Part shown: positions 12,991-28,253 of the stretch, in pieces
How the letters are laid out: every line of letters begins with the position of its first letter
Numbering within the stretch: position 1 is the first letter of the stretch
DNA from: Octopus sinensis
Taxonomy: Eukaryota
Length of the DNA stretch: 64,000 nucleotides
Assembly (NCBI RefSeq): GCF_006345805.1
Contig: NC_042998.1
Coordinates: 78,988,001-79,052,000, forward strand
Direction: 5' to 3'
The notes under the pieces: generated by a model
The model's database searches: none
Told to the model about the DNA's origin: nothing
The model's input: only the letters and a program-made list of their open reading frames with translations
Translations under genes and position numbers: made by a program

Positions 12991-14278
12991 TTCAGTCATC
13001 CCATAAATTATGTGTTTTTTTTCTTCTTTCAATTGCATGAACTAAAAGTTGGAAGGGGATGGGATAAACTACCTGCATCACCTTGCTATAAAAGCAGGTA
13101 GTAATTTTACCTTGTCCTTATTCTTAGTGCAAATTTTGAAGAATGCAGTTCGATTTTAACAGTTATTTTTTCAAAGCTATAATGGAAGTGACAAAGGAGC
13201 ATATTCAGCATATTTTGCTTTAGGAGTTCACTAAAGACAACAAGGCAACAGAAGGTCCAAGGAATATTAATTCAGTTTATGGTGATTGGACAATAAACTT
13301 AAGACAATGTCAACAGTGGTTCCAGAAATTTTGAGCTGGAAGCTTACAGCCTAGAAGATGAGCCTTGTCCCAGATCTTTAGAGCTTGACAAGGACATCCT
13401 GAAAACCCTGGAGAGACAAAATACCATCGTAACTGTTGAGGAACTAGCAAAAAAGCTTGGATTTGGTCATTCAACCACTCAGCGACACCAGCATGCCATG
13501 GGAAAACTCAACAAATTGAGTCAGTGAGTTCTTCGCAAACTTTCTGAGTCTAGTCGCACACAGAGAGTGAATATGTGTTCTTCTTTGCTGTCACCTTCTT
13601 TTTGGGGGGTGGGGGAACGAATAGTGACTGGTGACAAGAATTAGGTTCTCTATAAAAATGTTAAGCGCCAAAGACAGTGGGTAGGGAAAGGAGAAACACC
13701 AGCATCTCAGGCTAAAGAAGGTCTTCACTCATTTAAGGTGCTGTTATTCTTTTGGTGGGATATGAAAGGTTTAGTCCACCTTGAACTTTTAAGCCCAAAC
13801 CAAATGATAACAAGGGAGATCTACTGTGAGCAGCTTGAGCGGTTTAAGTCAGCTCTAGAAGTAAAACGACCATCTTTGGTTTCAAGATAAAAGTTGTTCT
13901 TCCATCAGGATAATAATGCTCAGCCACATACAGCAAGGATGACATTTCAAAGGCTGGACCAGTTTGAATGGGAAACAATGTCCCACCCTCCACATTTGCT
14001 GGACTTTGCCCCCTCTGATATCCTTTATTCCGCAGTTTTCGAAATCATTTGGACAGAAAAAATATGGATTCTGTAGACAAGGTCAGAACAGTACTGGAGG
14101 AGTACTTTTTTGTCAGGGACAAGTGAATTTTGGAAGAGGGGCCTTGAAAGTCTACTAGATAGATGAAAGAGTATTGTAGAAAATGAAGGAGAGCATATTT
14201 TAGATTAAGAAAGAACTTTATCTTAATTTTGAAAAATAAAAGAAGTATAAAAAATGCATTAATTATGGGATGACCTAA
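12991..14278 (+). mobile_element. Full-length decayed mariner transposon
   Basis: About 1.29 kb between TA TSDs, TIRs TTCAGTCATCCCATAA / TTATGGGATGACCTAA. Transposase relic from ATG ~13182 (MEVTKEHIQHILL*EF...), with IVTGDK, FHQDNN and HPPHLLDFAPSD motifs, many stops and frameshifts. Confidence 0.93.
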
Positions 14279-15057
14279 TATAAGGAGGGAAGGATATAGA
14301 AGGCAAAGAAATAAGTTATAAACAGAAGGTTATCAGAGATACACTCAAGTGGGAGAACTATAGATAAAGACTGACTTATTAGTTCCTGAAGATTAAAGCT
14401 ATTGTTAACAGATATAGCCACAAATAATGACAGATCAGGAACAGAGTAATCTATTATATATATATTTATATACTAAAGATGGAGAGATAAAAAGTGAAGA
14501 ACAGAAGAAATCTTCAAAGAGGTGAAAGTTTATGACTATATATTTGTAGACTAGTGCTGCTTTTAATATGATGATGAAAAGGATATAGGAAAACACCTAG
14601 ATAAAAATAATATTAAAATAATTAAGATGAGAACAATGTGCTAAAATAAGGCACAGGTAATCAATATGATTATGGTCAGAGAATCATAAATCACATACAG
14701 TTAAAGTAAGTAAATTGATTAGTTATGTGAGAAATTATTAAAGTTGGGAGTTTCCAGATCTGAAGAACACGGCAGTAAACTGCTTCCTTTTTTGAGCATT
14801 TTTTGCTTGTTCCCAACTTTTTATCTCTCCATCCACCTCTGAACCTCTTTATGTGTGTGTGTGTGTATGCATGCATAAGCAGAAGTACTGCATGAACCAG
14901 TTCAGAATATGCTCAGTGTGCACCTCCTGGAATAAGACTGAACTGAAAAATGTGGTTATATCAATATGTTTTCTTCCTTAATTTATATGATTTTGATATG
15001 CATGGGTATGTGTTAAATCAATCTAGCCAGAGACAATTCTCTCTCTCTCTACATATG

Positions 15058-15121
<64 letters not shown>

Positions 15122-15122
<1 letters not shown>

Positions 15123-16130
15123 TTGCGCATACGCTGATAATAAAGCCAAAGTTGTTGCAGGACCTTGAGAATTGATGGACTTTTGCTTCCATGCTGGACT
15201 CATATGGCATAAGCAATCCACAATTGTCTACAAACAGCAATTCACAAACACTTTGTAGGCTAACTTTTGTTTTTACCTGCAATCTGTGAGGACTACACAG
15301 TTTGTCATCAGATCAGTACCTAACGTCAATCCAGATAGAAGTGTTCAGCAGGCCCCTAGCAGTATCACAGAAAATATAATGTTGAAAAGAGTAGATGCTG
15401 AGATACAACACTATTTCCACAATTATGGGAACATTGTTCTAAAATAATTGTTCAGAAACAATTATTCAAAAAATATTTATTTGAATAGAAAATTGTATGA
15501 ATGAAAATTATTCAAAAGGACAATTATACAAAATGTTAATTATTCTAAATTTTTTATTTTATTTAAACAAAAATGATAAAATTAAAAAATCAAGTACACA
15601 AATGATATTTATTTCGAATAACAGTTTTTCGAATGATTATTTACAAGTAATTGTATCTGGACAATTGTTTACAAACAATTTTCATGATACAGTTTCCACA
15701 ACATTTGTAGCATAAAATGAAAAAAATATATCTCCATTGCTCATAACACTTGCTAGTATGCCATCCTGAAATTGGTGGTCTTTGATTCTCCTCAACCCAT
15801 CACAACACACTGACTTAAATGCATTAGTGTTATGAACAGATGTTACGCACAAGAGAGCCTGATTCTGTTCTATACACTTCTAGATCTGTCTTACTGCAAA
15901 GATCATGCCAACAGTACCCTTTTATGACAAAACCTACATTGGCTTTCTAATAGGAAATTGTTAGTGGTGAGATAGCAACAGGAGCAATTCAGGTGTATTC
16001 TTGCCAAAGTTTTGTCAGCATTTGACAGGATAGAAATACCTCTGTAACTGCCACTACTTTTCTTCTTAAACACATGAATAACTGTAGCATTCTTGTATTC
16101 TTGGGGAATGGTGCCTACTGATCACAGAAA
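15122..16130 (-). mobile_element. Fragmented RTE-clade LINE reverse transcriptase relics
   Basis: Minus strand gives GTIPQEYKNATVIHVFKKK..YRGISILS (~16020-16120), GTVGMIFAVRQI (~15880-15920) and VCELLFVDNCGLL...FSRSCNNFGFIIS (ORF 15061..15282, degenerate LFADD). An AT-rich block at ~15400-15710 interrupts it. Confidence 0.8.
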
Positions 16131-16672
16131 AGAATACAACACAGTTAATTTTTCAGTCATTGTTTAACTACAATAAGCATATATAGCTTTGTCTGTGTAT
16201 ACATCTCTCTCTCTCAATATAAGGTCAGGTAATAGATGCAAGCAAAACTGTAACCAGTTTGTAGCATATTGGCCATGTAACATTTTTTATATATATACAC
16301 CATCAGGTTTAATGCCTTATGAGTAAACTTTGTTCAAGGAAACTGTTTGGAAGCCCATCATATACATGTTTGTGTATGCATGCTAGCATGTGTTTTTAAG
16401 TGTTTACATTCTACATGTCTTCACATGAAATTGTGTGAGCAAAAATGGTGTTGCTATGTTTACATCCTCTGTAAAGTTTATATCTTGTGGCTCTGCTCTT
16501 TTCATTTATGATGATTGGTGGAATGCAAAAATCCCTTATTTGAAAAACAGGTGGGGATTGTCAACAGAAAGGGTATCGAGCCATAAAATAATGCCGTAAC
16601 AGTCTTTATGCAACTCATGTCAACATGGAAAAGCAGTCTTAAAATAAACCAATAATGTGTGTGCACGCTTTA

Positions 16673-17570
16673 CAGGGTGCATCAATTTTTTGAGGTCATT
16701 TCTTTGAATTTAGAAAAAGGCTCATAGTTCATCAAAGAAAAACTATATTTGAAAACAAATTGATATAAATAATCTTGAGAATCCTTTTATCACACCTATC
16801 TAATGAATCCACCAGTAGTATCAATGGCTGCTTCAGTATGAGGTTGGAAACCTTGACATACCCAAATCAGATGATCATTATTAATTTTGGACATAGTACT
16901 GGTTATGGCAAACTTGAGAAATTGTGTGATGTTATAAAGGTGTTGATTGACCTCCCTCTTGAGTATGCTCCATTTGTAATAGTCCTGTGGATTAAGATCT
17001 GGTAAGCTAGGAGGCCATGTCATTGAGAGAACATAGTCTTGGAGATTGGCACACATTCATGCTTGGGTTGTTATTGCCTTATGAAATGAAGCAGAGTCTT
17101 GCTGGAAGATGTATGGTCTTCTGTTGTGTACTCTGTCTATCCAGGGCCTCAAAACTTTCTCTAACACCTCTGAGTAGATATCAGCATTGGCTCTTAAGCC
17201 CTGTGAATAAAAAAGGAGGCACAATATCTCTCTCATTGCTGACAGCTCCCAAAACCATCACAGTTGCTGAGAACTTAGTATGCATGACAGTTGGAACCTT
17301 GTTCAGTCTCTGCATAACTGTCATTCCTTCCATTTACCTTTTGGTACTGATCAAAGATTTTTCTCATCAAAGGAAAACGAAAGTATTCCAGCCTCTTGGT
17401 ATTTTAACTTGTTTAGCAAGCATTTTGCATGGATCAAATGATTCTCTCTCAATGCATTTAATTTAATCTGACTCCAACTCATACAACACACATACAATTT
17501 GTACCAGATGTTTTCATAAACAACTCTTTTGATGGTACTTTCTGAAACCTTGAGATCTTTAGCAATGGTT
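16673..17570 (-). mobile_element. Decayed IS630/Tc1/mariner element, probably DD37D (maT)-like
   Basis: ORF 16796..17056 has WPPSLPDLNPQDYYKW...GGF, the SPDLNPLDY-type transposase C-terminus. Terminus TA|CAGGGTGC at 16671-16680. Confidence 0.8.
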
Positions 17571-17584
17571 TATATCAATTATAA

Positions 17585-17633
<49 letters not shown>

Positions 17634-19123
17634 AAAAGGGGACTGGGGTGATAGGAATTGTTATTGTAGTTATTAGTACTCAGAGCACTTGTGAAATAAC
17701 TGCTTAGAAGACTTCATAAATATATTTGATAGTTTGACCAAGATTAAGATTTGATAGGTGACCAAGATTAAGAATGTTGTGTAAACAGTTTACTTCTGGT
17801 TGCAGGAAAGGGATTTTTTTTTCTGACTGTAAGACATCTGTGTGCAAAATGTAATTTTGTAATACTTCATTATTGTGAAACATAAGAATTGAATATAGAA
17901 TATGTGTGAAGACTGGAAAGAAATGCATAAACATACTCCATTGCATATAATGTTACTGTATATGAATGTAAAGCCAAATTGACAGTGAAAAAAGAAGAGA
18001 TAACAGGAATCATTTGTATGCAAGAGAGAAAACAGTGATGGCATAGTCATGTGATACACATGGAAGATGACAGTTTATAAAGCGATGCCAAGCAATCTAA
18101 ATGTAAGGATCCAGCAGTGGTGGAGGAATGAGGCAGATTTAGAAAGATGTAGTGAAAGCTGATCTCAGAATAGTTGGACTATGAAAGAATGACAAAGGAC
18201 CAGGTGAAATGATGCGACATTGTACCGGAAAAGATTATCTAACCCATGGAAGCATGAAAAAAAAGACAGGTGTAAAAATGATGATGATGGTGATGATGAG
18301 GTAGATAGAAGTGCAGTACAATTTAAGAAAGACAATAAAATTGATTGACTCACAGAAAAAAGAAAGCCAGATAGATAGATGAATGGAACAGACTGATTTC
18401 ATCTTAAAAGCTTACCTAATTGTAGTAATCTAACATCCTTAGCCATAAGCTGTCACCATCATCCTTCATCATCACAACCCATCTCATCATTATTGTTACT
18501 GTTTGTTGATTTCCATCTTCTTATAGTTATTGCTATTATTAATGCATTTTACAACTTCTACTATTAATAAGAAAAATAATTGATGCCACTATAGTTAACT
18601 TTTTATATCAATACTACTTACCCGGGTTTTGATGTTGAATTGTTTTGAATCTTCTCAATATTCTCCTCTTTCCTTGTCTCTCACCATTTTCTCGCTCTCC
18701 CTTTTGCTCTCTCTTTTTATCTGTCTCATTCCACCTTCCATTTTCTCTTTCTTTTTTTTTTCTTTTTTTTTTTTTTGGATATCAAGAGGGCATTGACCGT
18801 TGATTCCAAAGTAACACAAGTAATCACATTAAATTTCACAGTGTTTCTGCCACAACCATACCTTCTTCATGCCTAATACTTCTCCCACTCCACCTTCTGT
18901 TTTCTTGGTCATTTATTCTCAGCTTGAGTTAAACACAAGTATTTGGATTGCTTTGATCAAAATAATGATTTCCTTACATTGGCTCAAGGTCTCATGATTA
19001 TTGGAGAGAGAAATAGTTGACTCAATCAAATATCACTAATACTTATTTTATATAGATGAAAGGTAAAATTAGTTTTAGTGCAAGTTGAACTCAATGAGCA
19101 TGAATGAATATGAGTGACTACTT

Positions 19124-19340
19124 CAACACATTTAGTCTGACTCATTTCTGCCTCTGACATCAACACATTCACTCTGATACACTACTACTTCTTATCTCAA
19201 TACAGTTAATCTAACACACTGCTGTTTCTGATCTCAATGCATTAACACTGACACTTCACTGTTTCAATCAACACATTTAGTCAAACACTTCTGTTTCTGA
19301 TATTAATACATTTGATCAGACACTGCTGCTTATGATGCCA
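19124..19340. repeat. Degenerate ~37-bp minisatellite (~6 units)
   Basis: Recurring CAACACATT(T)AGTCTGACAC..CTGTTTCTGAT-like unit. Confidence 0.55.
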
Positions 19341-22300
19341 AGAGCTGTAATAATAGTTACAAATTTTGACTCAAGGCTAGCAGTTTTAAGGGTTGAGAGC
19401 AGGTTTATTATAACGATACCAGTTGTACTCAAGAAAGGATGAAAGGTGGAATTTGCATTCAGAACATAAAGGGTCAGAAGAAATGCTACTTTGCATTATG
19501 TTTCATGCATTAACAATTTTACTGCATTGCCACCTTAGCAAAGGCTCTAATAATGATTAGGATAATTTTGTTTTTTGGTTGCAAGCATCTAAGATATTGT
19601 GGACATTGATAAAACTGAAATCAACACAATAGAGAGACATTAACAAATTAAATAACAATAAATAGAAATAGCTATGCAGATCAAGAGAATAACAAGAAAA
19701 GATCCTCAAAGTGGTGGGTGGAGCCAACACATAGCATATACCAAAAGCAAGTTCTTTGTCTTAGTTTCAGCTACCACCACACAGCTTTGTATTCAGATTT
19801 GGCTCATTTAGCCATACTAGTTTTGCCACTCTCATCTACATTTTATAAAATTAATTGGAGAGCAGTGTAAGTGTTTGGTCTAAGAAGAAAAGCTCTGCTC
19901 TCAAACATTCCAACCACATTCTGGATGACTTCCTTTATTTTTACCTCCAAGCCAAAGACAACTGTCCACTCTTCCTTTCCAAATTAAGGCAGTAGGTGGA
20001 ACTTCACTGTTGAGTTACCTGATAGCCAAATGTATTTTACACATGGTACGATACATTTTTTCTTTTTTTGCTTTCTCCATTATTGTGGGTCAGTCCACAT
20101 TACTCCATAGGGAGCATAGGGCCAGTTTCCTAGTTTCTCTTGTGTATATATTCCTCCCTGGACCGTCGCAGGATTTCTAATTTTTACTAGCTGAGTTGAC
20201 TGGAGCAACAAAAAATAAAATATTTTACTCAAGAACACAATGCATTGCCCAGTCCAGGAATCAAAACCACAATCTTACAATCATGACTCCCACACCCTTC
20301 AGAATAAATCCACAAATCAGCAATGCACCAACACTGAACAAATGCATGCTATATGGAGAAAGGAGTTACCCTAAGTACTTCTTAGATAGGTTCAGTTTCA
20401 GGCAGTTTCAACATAGCCATGCTTGTTGACTTTACCCGGAACAAGTAAAGCCACTCTGTAGTATTTCCAGGCCAAGATCTTTAGAAAATTTTCTATAATC
20501 CATGAACATGATCACTTGTTGATCAATCAGTGTACAATATATAAGTAGTTTCAGAGTAAAATATAGTTTGCAATTTCCTAACACTTTAGGCATACTGTCT
20601 TTTCCAATTGTTGAAAGAGTTTGTTCGGAATGAAAAAAGAGTTCTAGAGAAGAAAACAATAGGTTTATTACACTATGAAAGGGTGCCAGAAATCGTACTT
20701 CTAGAAGCACCAGTTTCAACATGTGAACTTCAATTAAAATAGGTGAGAAACACATTAAAAATTGAAGTTTTAAACAAATGGTTAGTATCTAGGTGTCTTT
20801 TTTTGCTGTATAAAATTAAGGTTCTTGCAAGGAGTTGAATTAATTTCAAATCAGAGAACACCAATTCAGAACAGTAACTAAACGAACTTTGTTGTCATAG
20901 TAGTTGTTTAGAATAGCAAGATGTATAATCAACAAAGGATTGCAATCTTCAAGTTGCAAAGAATTATCTTCTATTGTATCTTAGGTAATGAATGGATGTG
21001 TAGCTGAGATATTTCTCATTGTTTAATGTAATGTTAACTTTTGCAGTAACTACAATAATGAAACCAAATTCTCATTGTGCATCTCAATATTTTTTGCAAT
21101 ATCAATTGCATCATCAAGATAGGTGTGAACTTCTTTGGTATTATTGTTAGTTATCATTCTGTTTTTGATGCAACTAATGAGTAAGTACATTTCAAAGCAC
21201 TTATGCATTAGTCACACCGAAGGCTAACTTTGCAACTGGAACAAGCATCAACCAACTTGAAATACATATAGCATTTATTGACATATATCTTATGATGAAT
21301 TGCATTCAGAATGATGTTACCAATGACATTTTCTTGTTGTTATTGTTGTATTTCACTGAAAAAACATGCCCCAGAATCTGTTTTTGAGTTTTAGTTAAAT
21401 AAGCTAAGAATTAACTCATTATATTCAGATAAAATGTTTCACTTCATTATTCAAAAAACAAGTGTAAACGTTTATTTTTATTGAAAATGATTGGTTACCG
21501 ACCTTCAACTAAAGTTTCCCATACTGAAAGAAACCATAACAATTTCAGAACAGTGAAAAATTCCTTTCCTCCCATCTTTTGTAGTTCACCATTTATTATC
21601 AGTACACAGGATATATATTATACCAAGGTACTACATTGCTTCTATCAAGTGATAATTTGCTTTACCACATTTGTTAATTTTATACTTCTCCACTTCCAGA
21701 AGTGCCACTACAGTTGTGAGGGTGCCTCTATATTTGTCAGTGTCATTTTAATTGCATCTATTCCTCTTAACTTTTGAAAATGTGCAAATCGTATTTTTAC
21801 CAAACTGGAATTTCATGTAACTACAACTTGTCTTTTTATTAGTGTTCAACTTCCTCAAATTACTTGCAATACCTGTGGAAAATTCACATTCCATTTTTGG
21901 TAGAGTATCAGTCATAAACCTCTCCCCTCTCAGTAATAATATTCTATCTTTTCATTCATAATCCTTTCATTAATTTCTGGGAAATCTTGTCAATTCTCTT
22001 CAGTCTGTTTTCTGTTTGCATATCATCATCGTTTATATTTTGCCTTCTTTCTTGATTAACATTTCTCATTCTTTTCCTATAAGTTTCAACTTCATCATTC
22101 ATCACATGACATCTTCTAACTCCATTTGTTGCACAAATTTCATTCTGTACATCCTGTTTCTCACTGTTCCTAGTTCTACTCTATTTATTCCTAATTTTTA
22201 TTTTTTTCTCATTGTCTTTTCCCTAATCTTTCCTCTGCCTCTCTCAATTCAATTCTTGCTGTCATGTTCTATGGTTATTTTCTGCTATAAAACACCAAAC

Positions 22301-23180
22301 TTCATTTCGACAATAACAATTTAAGAGATACTTAAGTATTATATAGTTGGTAATACTCATATCCAGGGTATACCGTTACCTATTTTTTACAAAGCAAGAA
22401 CACAGTTATTAACATACAGATAATACAATAGATAGACAGATGTTCAATTTTTACAACAATGACTTGCTATAAAACACGTGTTATAATTTCAATGCTTTAA
22501 TGATTCTGCTAATCCACTACCTTTTAATAATAATAATAATAATAACAACAACAACAACAACAACAAGAATTAGCAGGTACCATGGAAATTTCACTGTTTA
22601 TAATTTTCTTTATTTCTGTTTATAGAAATAAACATAACTTAATTTCATTATGTTATAGATTTTAATTATAATTTCAGTTTTCTATAGTTAAGCTTGTTTG
22701 AAATATAACACTCAGACTTGTTTCATTAAATACAAAGATTTTGATTGTCTTTGATTTTCTTCCATGGTTAAGGTTGTTTAAAGTATAACACCGGAACACA
22801 TGAATGTTCTGAAAAACAATATTATAGATATAAATAATTATAACAATGGTGCTCTCTAACACTGTAGTAAACTAGGTGCTTGATTATGAATTTCATTATA
22901 ATTATGCATGCAGTTATATGAATTCATTGAAATTCTGTAATATGCATATAGCTTGCTTGGAAACAGGTGAGCATTGGTGACAAGAAGAACATCCAGCCAT
23001 AGAAAATCTACCTTGATGATGTTAAAAGTGGTGGTGATGGTGATGCAGTTTGATGATTAGCAATTCATTTAAAAATTGGCTTATTAAAATTAAGATCTTC
23101 AGATTAACTGTTTGTAAGGGGACAGAACCCAAACTGTATTATACACAGTATGGTTTCTGGTTTAGTTAAATAGATTAGAA

Positions 23181-23378
23181 CAGTGGTTCCCAAACTATGA
23201 GTCGTGACCCACAGATGGGTTGCGAACGGAATCTTAGTGGGTCACTAAAAGTTATAAAATTACGCATTAGCTTTGATTAACTGCTGTCTATCGAGATAGT
23301 TCAAGACTTATTAGTAGGTCGTCATAAACTGGTGTGATAAATAGTGGGTCACGACTCTAAAAAGTTTGGGAACCACTG
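23181..23378. mobile_element. hAT (Charlie-like) MITE, 198 bp
   Basis: TIRs CAGTGGTTCCCAAACT / AGTTTGGGAACCACTG, subterminal GAGTCGTGACCCAC / GTGGGTCACGACTC, and a perfect 8-bp TSD GATTAGAA. Confidence 0.92.
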
Positions 23379-24279
23379 GATTAGAACTTTCCATCTGCAA
23401 TGCTGGACTGACATTGGTAGAGTTTGGACAAAATGTCTAGCAGTATTTTGTTTTGTCCTTTTACATTGTGAGCTCAAATACCTCTTTAGGTTTATATTGA
23501 CTGTCAACAATCTGAGGTGTTTCTAAAATAAGATCTAGTTAAATGATTTAATCAAGTGTATCCTACATAAAAATATGTAACTTTAGAGGTGAAATCAATA
23601 TTTTAAGTGAATCAGTTCTGTATTAGATACTAAAAAGGTATTTTGGTATAATGCTTTAATCTACATGTATATAATTTTAGGTGAGTTATTGTCAAGTAAT
23701 CTCGGTTTTCCAATGTATTATTCTAACATTTAATGTCACAATCTGCAACAGTCCAATTGGATCAATGTCTAAATTGTTTTTATTTGTTCATTATATATAT
23801 GTACATATACACACACACACCTGCATTCATTCACACACACACACACACATGCATACATACATACATACATATGTGTATTCCATGTAATTTTTTTCAGTTC
23901 AGTTCCCAATTAGAACCTTTATCATGAAAGGTATCAGTTTTTTTGTTGTTTTTTTTTTTTGTTCTCTACTCCACAGACATAACTAATGTTACTAAGACAC
24001 TGAAACATATGTGCTTATAAGCTGTGTATGTTTCTTTAAGTTACATATTTTTTTTTAAATACTTTAATATAGAAATGTATGCATATTTTGTAAAATTATA
24101 TGATATAAAACTGTTGAATTTATATAAATGCTGCTGCTTCGTGGTACCGATATCAATAACAGTGACCAAAATAGCAATTATTACTGGATACATAGAATCC
24201 AATATCCCAAACACAAAATATTAAAATTTCTAGAAAATATCACAAATATGTGTGTATATACACACCTAGATACACACAC

Positions 24280-24312
<33 letters not shown>

Positions 24313-27300
24313 ATTTCAGGTATCACTAGTAAATGAGTAGCTTATATAGTTGTTTGCTCCCACACATTTGCTAATTATTTTAAGTCCCTAATTACTGACA
24401 AGCAGATATAGACACACTCTTAACCCTGTAGAACATTGGGGATTGAATGGTTGGAAGGATAGAGAGTCGCACCTACAGCTAGTTGGTACTTATTTTCAGG
24501 TGAGTAAACAAGAGCAATGTGAAATGAAGTACCTCTCTCAAGGACACAGCATGCTGCCTGGTCCAAGAATTGAACTCATGACATTGCAGTCATGAGCCCA
24601 ACCACTAGCTTATGCACTTTCATCCTCTGACATGTATACACACACACACACACACACACACACATGCGTGCATGTACTTATCGACATCATTTTATGTCTG
24701 CTTTCCATATTGGCATCATTTGAATTGGTTGTTACAGTCTTGCTGTCCTTCTAGATGGATCAAAGAACCACATCTCACTTATATATTTCATCTATAGCAT
24801 GATTTCTTCAGCTGATGCCCTTCCTAATGCTAACCACTTTACAGAGTGTACTAAGTGTATTTTATTGTAGCACCAGCTACAGAGAATCTGTTGTGCCTTC
24901 AGAAAGACTTGAGAATTCTTTCTATTGTATATTGGCTCAGTTCTTTTGCCAACAACCTTTACTCAGTATGTTTATCTTGACAGCAGCCTTGCTGAGGTTG
25001 TCTGTCTTGGTAAGTCCAAATTGTCCATTCTATTCTACAATGTCCTAATTCATTCAAGACTGCATGATCAAGAATGAATGAGAGATGGTAATAGAAGGGA
25101 GAATAAGATGAAATATATGGATAGGCCAAGAGTGTGATAAAAGAGTGAGTGACTAGAGAGTAATTATGATAAGCTGATACATGCTGGTAGGGGAATTGAG
25201 TAGAAAAGCAGCATGAGCAATATGGTGAATGAGTGATAGATGCGAAGACTGGTGACAGAAGAGGAATGACAGATGATGAGAGAGAGTGAGAGTAGTGTGT
25301 CACCAATAAAAAGGTAAAAGTGTGATGAGTAGCAATAAAGATGATGAGACTGCACAATGGTAAGAGAAAGAGAAAATGATGAATAGCAGTAGGGTTGGTT
25401 GTTGATAAAAGGGAGAGAAAAAGAAAGTGATGACAGTAATGGACATTGTGGAAGGGAATGATGTGAGCAAGAGGGACTAGTAATAAAGAAGAGTAATCGT
25501 AAAGGGATTACACACAGACAAATCTAATATCATCTCGCATTACACATGTGGCGAGGAAGAATGATAAAGGGAAAATGTAGGATGCAGTTTAACATATACA
25601 GATCTAATGCTTACCTGTCATTACACAGGTGTACAGTGATAGGCGAGAAGGTAATGCAGGAGGGAAATGGCAGTAGGAGATTTATGTAGTGAGCAAGAAA
25701 CCCAATTGTAGATATTACACAGCCAACTTTCATTTCTTCTACCATTTTAATATCCATTTTGCCATGTTTTCATGGGTGAGCAGATCTCCAGTATTACATG
25801 TTGCTATGTATTGCAGTTCTTTGTCATCCCCTTTGTGTGGTTCAACATTTTGAGGTTAATCTTCTTTACTTCACCTCATCTCTTCCTATGTCTTGTTCTT
25901 TGACAGGTTATATCCAGTTTGAGTGCTTGGCGACTAACTTTCTCCATAACTTTACCTGCCTGGTCTTGAACACTACATCTCATTCCTATCACACCAGCTT
26001 TTCCCTCTGCTCAATTTTGCTCTATTACAGACATAGCTGAGAATTTACAATTTGCATTAAAGAAAATAAACTGAGTTTCTACTTCACCTTTAATATGTCT
26101 CAGACTCTTGTCATTTTCATATCAAATTCTTCATAAAATCTCACCACTGGAGCACTAACCTATAATCTGCTTACAATTTCTGCTTTCTGATACAAATATA
26201 AGCTTACAAACTGTCCTCCAATCCCATGATGTAAAATACAAGGCTTAAAGATTCCAATGGAAAGTGGACATAAAATCATGATGATAGATATATATATGTA
26301 TATGTGTGTTTATACTTATTTATATGTAAGTATATTCATGTGTGCACAGATACACACATACACTTAATCTGTCATTTCTCATGCTAGATCAGAGGTTCTC
26401 TCATTCGAGAAGAACCAAAGCAGGCCATATTTGTGGGGTTTTTTAGTCTTGTTAAGTAACTACTTGGCATAGATGAAATGGTCTTCCTGTGTCTTTGCTG
26501 ATATGAATTAGTCTCTCCAATCATCATTGATTTTGCAGAATCATCATTGATAATGTTTTGAACACATTGGGTGAATTGTGGTGTCTGAATTTTAAAATAC
26601 TTTTGTTTCTTTGATACAGTTCAAACATTCCTGTCAGTGCCGTCTACATCCATCTGAACTTAGTGCACAAAAGATTTTATGACATTTAGAAATTTTGCAA
26701 TTTATGTTTTCCACACATATAGCAACAATGACTGTATATCTTTTCATTTCTTGCAAGGAAAAACAGGCATGAACAAATGTAAATATGTGCATGTGTATAT
26801 ATATTATATATATGTGTATAGGCACACACACATAAACATATTTTATATATAGCCTTGTATATATTGTTTAAAAGCAGAATGCAATGTTACTTTAAAAAAT
26901 GATGTTTGAAATATTCTCATCAGATCCAGAAATTAAAGGAGTTGTTTTGAATCAAATTATTCACATGATTTAAGAAAAAAAGAAGAAAATTTTTTGTGAT
27001 ATCTTTCATATATTTCATGATATATTCAAACAACATTTCTTATCTTTGTCTCACTACCTGCCCTCACCATTCTAGGGTGTCCTTAAGCATTTCCCTCACT
27101 GCTCTTGCTGCAACCATCTACATCTCAGTCTAACCATCTCTCTTTCTCACCAACCTCTCTCCACTGACATCTCATTGGTGGCCTTTCCACTGCCTCATGG
27201 GAAGCTTTTGTTGCATTCACAATTTGCTCATTTCCTTCCTTCTATCTTTCTGTTATTCTCCAGGGTCTTTTTCACTGTTTTTGCTCCCCACTGCTCCATC

Positions 27301-28164
27301 ATCTTTTTCTCCATTTTCTTTTACATTCTCAAATCTTCTCCCTATAGCTTCTCTGCTCCTTCACTCATTCTCATCTTTCTGCCTCTGGCTTACCCCAACG
27401 TTTCTCTTTCCTTCAGTGACTCTCTCTGGATTTCTCTCCACTCTAATCCACTGTTCCCTTCCTGCACCCTTTCCCTCATATCTCCTGTTATGCTCTTATA
27501 AAGCCCTAGACCTCACCTACACAACTCACTCTAACACTTTTCCACTCTACACACCCACTTTTCCCAATAATCCCTATCACTAATGCCTTCCCCTGTTCTC
27601 TGCCATCCTCATCCCAATTAGGACTACCCTACTACTCTCTTACTCGCTTCACTACCACCCTATCACAACTAGAAGTCTATTCCACTCACCATACTTACCC
27701 ACCTACTAAAATAGCTCACTTTATCTTTTTTCTTTCTTCTCAGTTATAGGGAGTATTTAGGCTCTTAACCTTGCAAGTTTCGAAGAAATCTTCTCTAGTG
27801 CTGGTGCTGTGAAAAAAAGCACCCACTACACTCTGTAAAGTAGTTCATGTTGGGAACAGCACCTAGCCGTAAGAAAAAGCCATGTTGAAGTTGACATTGG
27901 AGCTTAACAGAATCCTCTAACTCATCAGACCTTTTCAAACCACCCAGTCCATGAAACCATGGAGGCCAAATGTTAAACTATGATAATGATATTTGCATGT
28001 ATATAAAAAGCACCCAGTACACTTTGTAGAGTGGTTGGCATTAGGGAGGGCATGCAGTCATAGAAACCATGCTAGAACAGACAATGGAACCTGGTGTGGC
28101 TCCAGCTTTACCAGCTCCAATCAAACCATCCAACCCATGCCAGCATTAAATGATGCTATGTGAA

Positions 28165-28207
<43 letters not shown>

Positions 28208-28253
28208 CATGTATATAAATATATATACATTCATGCATATTGTATATATATAC

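Noticed and set aside
27040-27740. Hydrophobic F/L/S-rich ORFs resembling membrane proteins (also 9291, 22016, 42057)
   Set aside because: They arise from low-complexity pyrimidine-rich tracts.
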